Source: an uncultured virus (IMG/VR IMGVR_UViG_3300006119_000007) (lineage: Duplodnaviria; Heunggongvirae; Uroviricota; Caudoviricetes). From it: 64,000 nucleotides of DNA. Numbering within the stretch: the stretch's first letter is position 1; every line of letters begins with the position of its first letter. The DNA lies in the IMG/VR virus record IMGVR_UViG_3300006119_000007. One strand, 5' to 3'. Positions 35,318-44,262 of this stretch are shown here, one piece after another. The notes below the pieces were generated by a model. That model saw only the letters and a program-made list of their open reading frames with translations. It searched no databases and had not been told where the DNA came from. The position numbers and the translations under genes are program-made.

Positions 35318-36363
35318 GCAAATTCAGAGGATTGAGCTTCTATGTATAACTCTCGTAATTTAGTTTTGATTCTATCTTTATTTAAAGCAGTTTGAACTGC
35401 ATCTACATAAGTATCTAATAAGACTGAAGTGTCTGATACGACTTCTACATCCTCATCACTTATATTCTCTCCCTGGAACTCTTCATAGTTCTCAGCGATT
35501 TTAATTTCAAATGGTTCTTGCTTCTGGATACGATCCACAAACTTGTCAAATTCAACAGGATTGCTCTTGTTAGTAACGATTACTTTGACAAACTTATTTT
35601 TAAGATTTGAATAGACCTTCTTGTCGTCATTGTAATATAACTTAGCATAGATCGTATGAGGATTCAGAACTGGAGTTAATTCTCTTGTATCTGTATCGAA
35701 TACATGAAAGTACTTAGGATCTCCTGCATCACTCCACGACATCTCGTATTGTGTTCCGAGATAGTGTATGTTTCCCTTCTCAGACTTTGTGTGATAATGT
35801 CCAGACCAAACACTTTCAAATCGAGAAAAGAGTGCTGGATCCATTCCGTGTGGTGCTGGCATACCTGGCATATAATCAAATCCAGATAATTCTAAATGTG
35901 CTGCAAGTATTGAAGCATCGCATGTTTCTACGAACTTCATTGACTCGTCTAAGTTCTCAGGATTGATCCATGGGAGTAATGCTATCTTACATCCATCATA
36001 GTTCATCACTTTAGGATGCATGATAATATTCACATCCTTTAAAAAGAATCCTAATAATTCTTTTAGAGAACATAGGTCATTCGTATTCTTATAAACCACG
36101 TCGTGATTTCCAGGTATGATATCCATCGTCATACCAAGTTCACGCATAGGCTCGAGAAAGACTTTACGGTTATGATTCAGAGCACGAAAGTTGATGTACT
36201 TTCGGTGATCATAAAAGTCTCCTAGGTGCAGGATCTGTTTGATCCCATTGCTTTCGCAGTATGGAAAGAATACCTCGGAATAAAACTTACCATGATAATC
36301 AAGGAAGATATCCGAAGAATTCCTGACACCCGAATGAGTATCATTTAAGATAGCTAATTTCAT
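35314..36363 (-). CDS. 47: Recombination nuclease subunit gp47 (Mre11/SbcD-like)
   Basis: DTH.G, HLGD, GNHD and SGHYH. Confidence 0.97.
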   Translation of the reverse strand: MKLAILNDTHSGVRNSSDIFLDYHGKFYSEVFFPYCESNGIKQILHLGDFYDHRKYINFRALNHNRKVFLEPMRELGMTMDIIPGNHDVVYKNTNDLCSLKELLGFFLKDVNIIMHPKVMNYDGCKIALLPWINPENLDESMKFVETCDASILAAHLELSGFDYMPGMPAPHGMDPALFSRFESVWSGHYHTKSEKGNIHYLGTQYEMSWSDAGDPKYFHVFDTDTRELTPVLNPHTIYAKLYYNDDKKVYSNLKNKFVKVIVTNKSNPVEFDKFVDRIQKQEPFEIKIAENYEEFQGENISDEDVEVVSDTSVLLDTYVDAVQTALNKDRIKTKLRELYIEAQSSEFA

Positions 36364-36992
36364 TCCATGAATAATTCTAAGATAGCTTTATTTGCTTTCT
36401 TAAATTCTTTAATTGCTTTATCTGTGGTTTTAACTTTATCAATTCTCTTCTTGAGAACATCAATGAATCCATTCTCAATTCCACCAAGCATAGCATTTGC
36501 ACCTTTCATTTCTTCTTGAGGATTCGTTAAGAAGTTCTCAATTCCAGCGTGCTCAATGTATCTAAACTTGATATCTTGCTGCTTCTTTTCTTTCATGATT
36601 CTACGTATGAAAGCGTAATAGCAAATCTGTGTAAAGTAGGCAAACGCATTTGGATTACCAGTTCGTGTTGCGGCTTCTACATTATAATTCATGATGGCTT
36701 TAATACAGTTCTCTACGCCATCCATAACCATCTCCTCACGATAAGTATATCGAATAAAGTTTGGTTTATGAGATAATCCCTCAGCAATTCGAAGAAAGCA
36801 TCTGCCAATATATTCGGTTATACGAGGAACCTCAACGTTATTTAATTGAGCCGCTTTCACAGACTTCACATAGTCTACGACTGCCTGTGAAAATTCTTTG
36901 TTGTTTACGTAGTGTACACCCTCGCGCTTTGCAGCTAGCGTAGTTTTCTTTGGAGGTGTATTAATTAAAATTTGGTTGTCAGTCATAGGCAT
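36360..36992 (-). CDS. 55: Late-transcription sigma factor gp55
   Basis: HYVNNKEF, IAEGLSHKPNF, EEMVMDG.EN and NAFAYFTQI. Confidence 0.97.
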   Translation of the reverse strand: MPMTDNQILINTPPKKTTLAAKREGVHYVNNKEFSQAVVDYVKSVKAAQLNNVEVPRITEYIGRCFLRIAEGLSHKPNFIRYTYREEMVMDGVENCIKAIMNYNVEAATRTGNPNAFAYFTQICYYAFIRRIMKEKKQQDIKFRYIEHAGIENFLTNPQEEMKGANAMLGGIENGFIDVLKKRIDKVKTTDKAIKEFKKANKAILELFME

Positions 36993-37022
36993 GATATAAG
37001 TCTATCTATGTTAATTATCTAC

Positions 37023-37051
37023 ATTATATTATAAAATATCGAGATTGTAAA
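37023..37051 (-). promoter_or_regulatory. Promoter TTTACA-N17-TATAAT for gene 55
   Basis: Near-perfect consensus. Confidence 0.8.
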
Positions 37052-37181
37052 CATTATAGTATTAATTTCAATTCAATAGTTTCGTTTCAAAAACATTACA
37101 ATAAGTTTTACATCTGTCTAAAAAGCCGTTATTTTGTATCTAGTGATACAGGGAAAAGCAGAATACAGGAATTGGAGAATA

Positions 37182-37613
37182 TCAATTATTTGATCTATCA
37201 TGAGGATATTTCTTATTACTCGAATGGTTATTAAACTTGTAGTTGAGATCCTCAAATGGAGAAGAAGATTGAGTAGTCTTACCGTTATTGTTATTCTTTG
37301 TAGCATTTAGAATTGCTAATTCTTTTCTTTGCACTATCAATTGGTAGTCTTCTTTTGTTCTAGAATCTGGTATTGCAGCAGAAATGACGTGCTGTTTTCT
37401 AATTACATGAATTCGAGAGTCTGTGGACATGAACCATTCTGAGTAATAGGCAACGACATGTACTCCATCTTCTTCATTTTGTTGATGCAAATTAATTAGA
37501 TATGGATCACGTATGAATATGTTATCATCGCTGTCTTTAATCACTTGGCATATAAGTGTATCACCTGAGACAAGTTTAAGTATCAATGAGGCTTCTTGGA
37601 TTAGATCGTTCAT
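37182..37613 (-). CDS. Conserved Sm-like-fold hypothetical protein
   Basis: ILKLVSGDTLIC; usual position downstream of uvsW. Confidence 0.75.
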   Translation of the reverse strand: MNDLIQEASLILKLVSGDTLICQVIKDSDDNIFIRDPYLINLHQQNEEDGVHVVAYYSEWFMSTDSRIHVIRKQHVISAAIPDSRTKEDYQLIVQRKELAILNATKNNNNGKTTQSSSPFEDLNYKFNNHSSNKKYPHDRSNN

Positions 37614-39148
37614 ATGTTTACCTCATGGATTGCGTAGCTAAATTTTTCCTTGGAATAGATTTTAATTCTCTCTGCTGCATGATCCAACGTATAGTTCCGA
37701 TGTTTCTTCCAATGAAGATCATCTGCGATATCAAATACCTTTGTTCCTTGATTGTTATCTGCTTTACGAAGTCCTCTACCAATTGATTGTAGAACTCGAA
37801 TTTGAGACTTTGAGGGAGAAGCAAATATGATATTATGAAGATTTCGAATATTGATACCTGTAGAGAAAGTTCCCATTGATGCTACAATGATTGCATCTTT
37901 CTCACCCTCAGTGATGGAACGAATTCTTTCTCTCTCATCGGTTTCGACAGAACCAGATACAAAGAACAGCTTTCTTGCTGCTGAAGGTCTGGCTGATTCT
38001 AATAGCTTCTTTTGTATCATGTCGTAGATAGGCTTGCCATGTTTTTCAACATAGTTATAGAGGATAAGAGTATTTCCTTCTTGTGCAAGAGCTAAGTTAC
38101 GAATAAATTTGTTTCTAGGGATATAGCTTACCAGGAAGTCGATTTCTTCTTGATAAGATTTCTTTTTCAATTCCTGACAGTATTTATCATCGTACTTAAG
38201 TAGGAGAATCGATATCTCAAGTTCTGACAAGGCATCTGAATCAATCAGTGCTTTTGTCGTCGTCACCTGATAGACTGGACCAAATAAACCCTCAAGCACG
38301 AGTTTATGCGTTTGAGTTCCATCCAGAGTTCCAGTTGTTCCTATACGATACTTACAATCCCTTAACTTCTCCATGATCGAGGATAAAGACTTCGCTTTAA
38401 AGTTATGGGCTTCATCTCCTATCACCATTCGAAATGGTTCAAACCAAGTAGGAGGCATCTTGTAGATCGATTGCCAGGTTGTAATAATTACCTCTTGCTG
38501 GACATTGATTCTTTCTTTTCCTGAGTAGATTCTATGGCAAGACTCCTCATGATTCCAGGTATCATCATTCGTTGAATAATCTCCAAAGTCTTTATACATC
38601 TGCTCAACAAGAGATGTTGTAGGTACAATGATTAGCACTTTCTCATGATGCTGGCTCTTTATCTTACTTAGATACCAACGAAGTAGAATGTAAATGATAA
38701 GAGATTTACCAGAAGCAGTTGGACTTAGAAGTAATTTTCTTGTATGAGTCAGAACCTGAACAACTGCATCTAATTGGTAATCCCTTACCTCAATCTGTTT
38801 ACTATGGGCATAAAGATTTAAGTCTTGAATGAATTGATTCAGTTCAGTGTCTTGAATAAGGATCTCCGAATCGATCCTTCCATAGTAATTATCGTCAAGA
38901 AACTCGAGTTCACATTTACGAACCTCGGCAAATTCTTTCAGGTATGGAACGAGTCCTGCGTATAACGTGCGATCTTTCGTATTGAATAATCTTACCTTAC
39001 CGTCCCAAAACTTATTCCGATAAGCGGGCATGAACTTATATCCTGGAACGAAGAAAGTAAAGAATTCAGAGAGTTCCTGAGCGACTCCTGAATCGCAATC
39101 GACAGTGATAAACACTTCATTCTTCTTCTTGATCTTCAATACATCCAT
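37610..39148 (-). CDS. uvsW: SF2 helicase UvsW
   Basis: RDYQ, SPTASGKS, GDEAH and LQSIGRGLR. Confidence 0.97.
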   Translation of the reverse strand: MDVLKIKKKNEVFITVDCDSGVAQELSEFFTFFVPGYKFMPAYRNKFWDGKVRLFNTKDRTLYAGLVPYLKEFAEVRKCELEFLDDNYYGRIDSEILIQDTELNQFIQDLNLYAHSKQIEVRDYQLDAVVQVLTHTRKLLLSPTASGKSLIIYILLRWYLSKIKSQHHEKVLIIVPTTSLVEQMYKDFGDYSTNDDTWNHEESCHRIYSGKERINVQQEVIITTWQSIYKMPPTWFEPFRMVIGDEAHNFKAKSLSSIMEKLRDCKYRIGTTGTLDGTQTHKLVLEGLFGPVYQVTTTKALIDSDALSELEISILLLKYDDKYCQELKKKSYQEEIDFLVSYIPRNKFIRNLALAQEGNTLILYNYVEKHGKPIYDMIQKKLLESARPSAARKLFFVSGSVETDERERIRSITEGEKDAIIVASMGTFSTGINIRNLHNIIFASPSKSQIRVLQSIGRGLRKADNNQGTKVFDIADDLHWKKHRNYTLDHAAERIKIYSKEKFSYAIHEVNI

Positions 39149-39161
39149 GATAAAGTTATTA

Positions 39162-39416
39162 TTATTTCTCTTTATTTATCACTGGATTTCTAGCCGCAAA
39201 AATCGATAAGGCGATCTCGAGTATATCTCTATTCTCTGGATTATCAAGGTATCCTTTTTGTACAAGCATTTGAGCGTGTTCAAAATATGCATGCCTCTCA
39301 TCTCCACTCAAGAGATTCCATCTTGCCCAGAGCTGATCTTTTGGTCCAAGTTCGTTCATCCGCCAGAAGTAAAGCGTCTCCAATCGATCATGTTCTTGAT
39401 CGTCGTATGTCTCCAC
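39162..39416 (-). CDS. Hypothetical protein (start uncertain)
   Basis: Fills the gap between uvsY and uvsW. Confidence 0.55.
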   Translation of the reverse strand: METYDDQEHDRLETLYFWRMNELGPKDQLWARWNLLSGDERHAYFEHAQMLVQKGYLDNPENRDILEIALSIFAARNPVINKEK

Positions 39417-39802
39417 TTTAAGTTTCCTAATATCTCCTCAAGAGTATCTACCATCGTTTTGAGATATGCGATTCTTTCCTCAGTCTTCTGGAGTTCTGGG
39501 TCAGAATTAAAGTAATACTCGAGATCTGATTTCATGATCTTGAGTCCATTGAAGGGATCGTAAGGCCAGCCTCTCTTATCGATCTCAGATTTATCCATCT
39601 TTCCATTGAAGTAAAGCCATTTATCACGAAGTAATACTTGCTGCTCCATCTCTTTTCTTTTCAATTGGAGCTTTGTAACTGAATGGAGTTCTAGATACTT
39701 TGAGTGAAGTTTGATTCCATCGACAGATGCATCATCAAGTGCCATCTCATTTATGGCACTATCTTTCTTCCACATCGCAAGCAATTCATCAAGGGTTATC
39801 AT
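39356..39802 (-). CDS. uvsY: Recombination mediator UvsY
   Basis: W.KDS.I, KLHSKYL, KWLYF.GK and IKNMIDWRRF.SG. Confidence 0.93.
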   Translation of the reverse strand: MITLDELLAMWKKDSAINEMALDDASVDGIKLHSKYLELHSVTKLQLKRKEMEQQVLLRDKWLYFNGKMDKSEIDKRGWPYDPFNGLKIMKSDLEYYFNSDPELQKTEERIAYLKTMVDTLEEILGNLKWRHTTIKNMIDWRRFTSGG

Positions 39803-39809
39803 AATATAA

Positions 39810-39838
39810 AATATATCAAAAAGAAGTGAGAATGTAAA
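39810..39838 (-). promoter_or_regulatory. Promoter TTTACA-N17-TATATT (uvsY)
   Basis: Consensus match. Confidence 0.7.
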
Positions 39839-39844
39839 TACTTC

Positions 39845-40309
39845 TTATAAGAATTCGAAGTAAGAATATCTGAAAGAAGCGTCAACTGTCACGTATTCAA
39901 CGTCTGTATTTTGAGTATGTAAGTCTATGGATCCTACTGAAACAGGAAATGCATCAACATATCGTATTTGTTTTGATACATTGTTGTGAGAATCAAGAAT
40001 CGAAAGGATCATATCAGACTTTACGAATTGATCGATCTGAGAGTTCTTCGTGATCCAATTATAAAGCTCAAGATAGTTCTCAAGAAATTCTGATACTTGA
40101 AAAGTCATATCAAATGGAGACCATTCCAAACGTTCGCCTGAAACATAATTCGGCATTGATTTGTATGGAAGAGAAACCTCGGCGAGACTGATCATAGGCA
40201 CTGAGGTTTTAATGCAAAAATACTCCATATTAGCAAACTGCGACGAATTGATTGTAACCTTAAACCCTGTTGGCGAAAGGTAGTTGAGCTGACTTGTTAA
40301 ATTACTCAT
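39845..40309 (-). CDS. 3: Tail completion / tube terminator gp3
   Basis: NYLSPTGFK, NYLELYNW, D..L.ILDS.NN and DAFPVS; position after gene 23. Confidence 0.85.
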   Translation of the reverse strand: MSNLTSQLNYLSPTGFKVTINSSQFANMEYFCIKTSVPMISLAEVSLPYKSMPNYVSGERLEWSPFDMTFQVSEFLENYLELYNWITKNSQIDQFVKSDMILSILDSHNNVSKQIRYVDAFPVSVGSIDLHTQNTDVEYVTVDASFRYSYFEFL

Positions 40310-40315
40310 ATACTG

Positions 40316-40323
40316 TATTTATA
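40316..40323 (-). promoter_or_regulatory. Late promoter TATAAATA (gene 3)
   Basis: Exact consensus. Confidence 0.8.
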
Positions 40324-40327
40324 AGCC

Positions 40328-40357
40328 AAAAAAGGGATCCCCTTTCGAGGATCCCTT
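40328..40357 (-). terminator. Intrinsic terminator after gene 23
   Basis: GGGATCCTC-GAAA-GGGGATCCC followed by T6. Confidence 0.9.
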
Positions 40358-40381
40358 AATTATTAGCTTACTATCTAATTA

Positions 40382-41734
40382 TTAGTTAGATGGGTGAGCA
40401 GGTGATAGAACGCCCTTAACCGCGAAGATGCGGAAGTACTTGTTCGCACGATTGTTACCAACGCCGTTTTGAGGAGCTGTTGGGGATTCAGCGAATGGGT
40501 TAGCGATCATGCCGTAACGAGTCTTGAACCCGATACGTGGTTGGAAGTCTGATTGACCAACTGCACGGACCATAGTTAATGGTACGTATGGGCAATAGAA
40601 TAAACCAGCATCATATGGGTTTGTTCCACGGTAACCGATTGTGCAATAGTCAACGGTTGCATATGGATCAATGTATACTTTGATACGACCATTTAATACA
40701 CCAGCAAAGGTGTTACCAGTATCATCAACTTCTAATTGAGTTGAAAGAGCTGGAGCGTAGTCTAATGTACCGGAAGCAGCGAGGGCTGTCGCAACATCTG
40801 ATGAACAGAGTACGAAGTTACCCTTACCACGACGGGTGTCTTTAGCGATCTTGTTAGCTTCGCGATCGATCTGAACTAATAGACCACGATACTTTTCTGC
40901 TGACCAACGGCCATCAGCATCTGTATAGAGGTTAAATGTACCAGGGACTGCGATGCCGCTCTGTTGTGCACCAAGGATAGCTTTTACGTTGATTGTACGA
41001 ATAACTTCACGATTGATTTCAGCTAAGATTTCAGCTGAAAGAATGTTAGCTAATTCGGACTCAGCGTCAAGACCATGAACTGCTTTGAGGTCTTGTGCTA
41101 ATTCCATTGTGTACTCAGCCTTGAGGGCACGAGTTGTAGCGGTAACAGTTGATTTTTCGATTGAGAAAGCCATCTGAGCGAAGCTGCCAGCGCCGGAAGA
41201 ACCGGTACCAAGACCTTCAGCATAAGATGTGCTCATACCTGTACCATTAGCGAATGAGTTATCAACGCCGTCTGCATCTGCACCAGAACCACCAGTTACG
41301 GAAGGTAGTGAAGATGAGTCGCCGCCCATTGAACCTGTACCGGAGAAAGCATCGTTAGCTTCTTGGTAAAGGGCTTCTGTGCCACCTTGTGAGGTGTATT
41401 TGCTCTTCATCGCGAATACTAAACCTGTTGGGCCGCTCATTGGTTGAACGCCGCAGATATCGTAAGCGATTAGGTTTGGCATGGAACGACGTACTAGGCT
41501 GATGAGGATTGGATCCCAGTTAGCCATGTAGCCTGTGCCACCAGTTGTAGCATTAGCTGCTGTTTCGTTGATAGCTTGGAATGAGGATTGAGCGCGTTCT
41601 TCACGTAGTGCTTTTTCCTGATTTTCAAGAATAACCGCAGTGATTGATTTGCGGTATGTGTCTTTGATCTTTGGGAGATCCTTGTGCTCAAGGATTGGTG
41701 CCCATTTTTTGATTAGGTTTTCTGAGTTGAACAT
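40382..41734 (-). CDS. 23: Major capsid protein gp23
   Basis: DPILISLVRR.MP, VQPMSGPTGL, RALKAEYT.ELAQDLKAVHG and FQPRIGFKTRYG. Confidence 0.98.
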   Translation of the reverse strand: MFNSENLIKKWAPILEHKDLPKIKDTYRKSITAVILENQEKALREERAQSSFQAINETAANATTGGTGYMANWDPILISLVRRSMPNLIAYDICGVQPMSGPTGLVFAMKSKYTSQGGTEALYQEANDAFSGTGSMGGDSSSLPSVTGGSGADADGVDNSFANGTGMSTSYAEGLGTGSSGAGSFAQMAFSIEKSTVTATTRALKAEYTMELAQDLKAVHGLDAESELANILSAEILAEINREVIRTINVKAILGAQQSGIAVPGTFNLYTDADGRWSAEKYRGLLVQIDREANKIAKDTRRGKGNFVLCSSDVATALAASGTLDYAPALSTQLEVDDTGNTFAGVLNGRIKVYIDPYATVDYCTIGYRGTNPYDAGLFYCPYVPLTMVRAVGQSDFQPRIGFKTRYGMIANPFAESPTAPQNGVGNNRANKYFRIFAVKGVLSPAHPSN

Positions 41735-41767
41735 GTTATGTCCTGTTATTTGTTATGACTGTAGTTT

Positions 41768-43231
41768 TTACGGCTGTTTGATAGTCCGTGAGATTGCTGT
41801 AGAGTAAGCTTCCATTACTGGATTGAGTTCGACTTCTTGGCCGCTCTCATTTAATACTACTTCTACTTCGTTTTCTTTGGGTGAGTTAATAACTTTACGG
41901 AAGTAAGATTCTTTGATGCTTTTTACTTTCTTAGCGAAAGAATTTTCATCTTCAAAATCGATTGATTCCGCAAGTGTTTTGAGCTTTACTACCTCTGTTG
42001 AGGCAAGATCAGCTGAAGCTTCAGAGAGGATCTGTGTACGTTTTAGCGTATTGACAGTCTCATTTAACTTCATGTTTGATTCGGTCGTCTTGAGCAACTG
42101 TTCTTCGAGCTTGGAAACTTCTTTGTTGAGGCTATCAACAAGGTTTTCTTTTGCTTCAGGAACTTCGATGTAGGATTCTTTAAACACATTCTTTAAGGAT
42201 GCGATAAAGTTTTCCGCGATCTCGGTGCGAAGGCCAGATTCAATAGCGACTTTGTTCTCTTCCATCCAGGTTGATACTACATAGCTAAGATAGCTATCGA
42301 CTTTTTCAGCTAAACCTTGAGTAGCTTTCACTAACTCTTCGTTTAATTGAGTCTTGTAGGATTCCTCGAGCTGGAGAACTTTAGCTGCTACTTTTGCGTT
42401 GACAGTTGATTCGAATAGGCTAGAAGCTTTCGATTTGAATTCTTCGGAAAGGTTGGAATCTGAATTTAAGAGATTTCCGATTGACTCGTCCATCTTCTTA
42501 CCTTCTTCTTCGCTATCCTCTTCGTCGTTTTCTTTCTTCTTGGATTCTTCCTCTTCATCGGATTCCTCGTCGTCAGCTTTCTTTTCGTCAGCTTCCTTCT
42601 TTTTGGATTCCTCTTCTTCGGATTCGTCCTCGTCTTTTTTAGCTTCTTCTTCCGATTCTTCTGCAACTTGACCAGGCGTTTGCACGCTTAGCTTTGGAGC
42701 GATCGAATCTTCTGGATTTGGCTGATTGTATGGTGCCTGTTCGATATCACTTGGATTCGTCAAGGTCTGATATACATTCGCCAATTCTTCTGTCGTCATT
42801 TCTGACATCTGTTGATACACTGCGTTGATGAGACCAGCTTTTGTCTTTGGAGCATTGGATTCTGAAACGCTAGGAATCGCTACGTCGGTTGGCTTACCAT
42901 GAACTTTATTCAATGGTGCCTGTGCAACTTTTGCGATACCTGCTGCGATAGCGTCTTCCGCTCTTTTGAGCTCTTCTGGTTCTGCAGGAGCTGTAGGCTC
43001 ACCCTTCGTCTGATTGTGAGGGGCTGGCTTTGTTGCATCCTGAGCTGCTTTTGAAGAATCGACCGAAGCTTTCACTTCGATTTCTTTTGCAGCAACAACC
43101 GCATCTGGCTTTTTCTTGCTGAATGGTTCCTCGTGGGAAACTTCAACGTCTTCAACAAGTCCATCTTTGTGTAGTTCTTCAACAGTGATGTCTTCAATGA
43201 GATCGAAGCGATCTTTTGATTTCTTTGACAT
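41768..43231 (-). CDS. 22: Prohead core scaffold gp22
   Basis: LSEEFKSKA..LFE, KVDSYLSYV..W..EN..AIE.GLR.EIAE.F and IKESYF; acidic insertion. Confidence 0.93.
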   Translation of the reverse strand: MSKKSKDRFDLIEDITVEELHKDGLVEDVEVSHEEPFSKKKPDAVVAAKEIEVKASVDSSKAAQDATKPAPHNQTKGEPTAPAEPEELKRAEDAIAAGIAKVAQAPLNKVHGKPTDVAIPSVSESNAPKTKAGLINAVYQQMSEMTTEELANVYQTLTNPSDIEQAPYNQPNPEDSIAPKLSVQTPGQVAEESEEEAKKDEDESEEEESKKKEADEKKADDEESDEEEESKKKENDEEDSEEEGKKMDESIGNLLNSDSNLSEEFKSKASSLFESTVNAKVAAKVLQLEESYKTQLNEELVKATQGLAEKVDSYLSYVVSTWMEENKVAIESGLRTEIAENFIASLKNVFKESYIEVPEAKENLVDSLNKEVSKLEEQLLKTTESNMKLNETVNTLKRTQILSEASADLASTEVVKLKTLAESIDFEDENSFAKKVKSIKESYFRKVINSPKENEVEVVLNESGQEVELNPVMEAYSTAISRTIKQP

Positions 43232-43263
43232 AGTGTTTTATCCCTACTATAATTGTATAGCGG

Positions 43264-43422
43264 TTAAAGTTTTGAGAGGAAACCTTCGCTTGTAAAAAAG
43301 CTAAATTTCAGTCTCTGTTTATTCAATTTTGACTCTAGGCACTTTGTAGTCGCGTCACCATGATTAGTAGTAATACCCTTTGTCCCACCCATAACGTAAA
43401 ATTGTTTGTCGCTGACGCTCAT
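43264..43422 (-). pseudogene. Probable decayed remnant of an ancestral gene 21 3' end
   Basis: Frame-shifted fragments W(V)WDKGI, KIE*TETEI* and FLSKL* resemble the typical gp21 C-terminus. Confidence 0.45.
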
Positions 43423-43423
43423 C

Positions 43424-44071
43424 TTATTTCTTCGAGGAGACTTCTAATAAGAAGTCAGAGAATGCTTTGATTTGAGCTTCGATTAAACGATTTGAAGGAG
43501 TCTTGAGGATCTCATTCTTGATCTTTTCAGCGATGATCTCGTTACCTTTTACAAAGTACTCGACGCCTTCCATGATACCATTCACGAAAGCGTGAGGTGC
43601 GGAAGGATCCTGTACGATGTCAACAGTTGCGAGAATAAAATCATTCTTTACGGTCATTACTTCTCCGATGCGTTCAAGAGAACCCATTCCGCGAGATGAA
43701 ACACCGAATTGAACACCGCCCTCGAGAAGACCTTTTACGATCTGTCCGCAAGGTGTGTTAAGGATTAAAGCTTTACCAATCACATCGTTTCCGTTCCACT
43801 TGAGTTCAGTGATGCGATGGGATACTTTATCTAAATTGACTGTAGGACCATCTGGGTGATTTAATTCACCAACTGCGCGTCCTTTTTCGACTTGTTCTGT
43901 TACGTATTTTGCAACAGCTGGAGCTAAAACGCTCTTTGGATAAACACGGCCATTGCGATTCTTTTGCTCGGCCTGCATGAAGATGCCATTGATATAAACT
44001 TTCTTATCAGGACCGGTACCTTCAGTAATGACTCCTAGACCAGAGTCGATTGCTTCTGTGATGAGTTTCAT
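43424..44071 (-). CDS. 21: Prohead protease gp21
   Basis: GIFMQAE.KNRNGRVY, GELNHP, GVSSRGMGS and DIVQDPSAP.AFV.GIMEG. Confidence 0.97.
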   Translation of the reverse strand: MKLITEAIDSGLGVITEGTGPDKKVYINGIFMQAEQKNRNGRVYPKSVLAPAVAKYVTEQVEKGRAVGELNHPDGPTVNLDKVSHRITELKWNGNDVIGKALILNTPCGQIVKGLLEGGVQFGVSSRGMGSLERIGEVMTVKNDFILATVDIVQDPSAPHAFVNGIMEGVEYFVKGNEIIAEKIKNEILKTPSNRLIEAQIKAFSDFLLEVSSKK

Positions 44072-44072
44072 T

Positions 44073-44243
44073 TTACTTTGAAGGAGTTGCTGGTTTGCTG
44101 TAGACTTGGCTAGCGATTGCTATTTTGCGTTCATCTAGAGCAGCATTCATCTTTTCGCTCATTGCACGAGCAAATGATTCCTGTGCCTGGGAGACTTTCC
44201 CTTGAGCTAGAGAAGTTACTAAATTTGTAACATTTGAATTCAT
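44073..44243 (-). CDS. Small prohead core protein (gp67-position), 56 aa, not in the ORF track
   Basis: MNSNVTNLVTSLAQGKVSQAQESF..AMSEKM.AALDERKIAIA; between genes 20 and 21, after a late promoter. Confidence 0.8.
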   Translation of the reverse strand: MNSNVTNLVTSLAQGKVSQAQESFARAMSEKMNAALDERKIAIASQVYSKPATPSK

Positions 44244-44250
44244 TATATAC

Positions 44251-44258
44251 TATTTATA
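44251..44258 (-). promoter_or_regulatory. Late promoter TATAAATA
   Basis: Exact consensus. Confidence 0.8.
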
Positions 44259-44262
44259 AGGT

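Noticed and set aside
42480..42670. Acidic low-complexity repeat in gp22
   Set aside because: Glu/Asp/Lys-rich linkers are ordinary in T4-like scaffold proteins.
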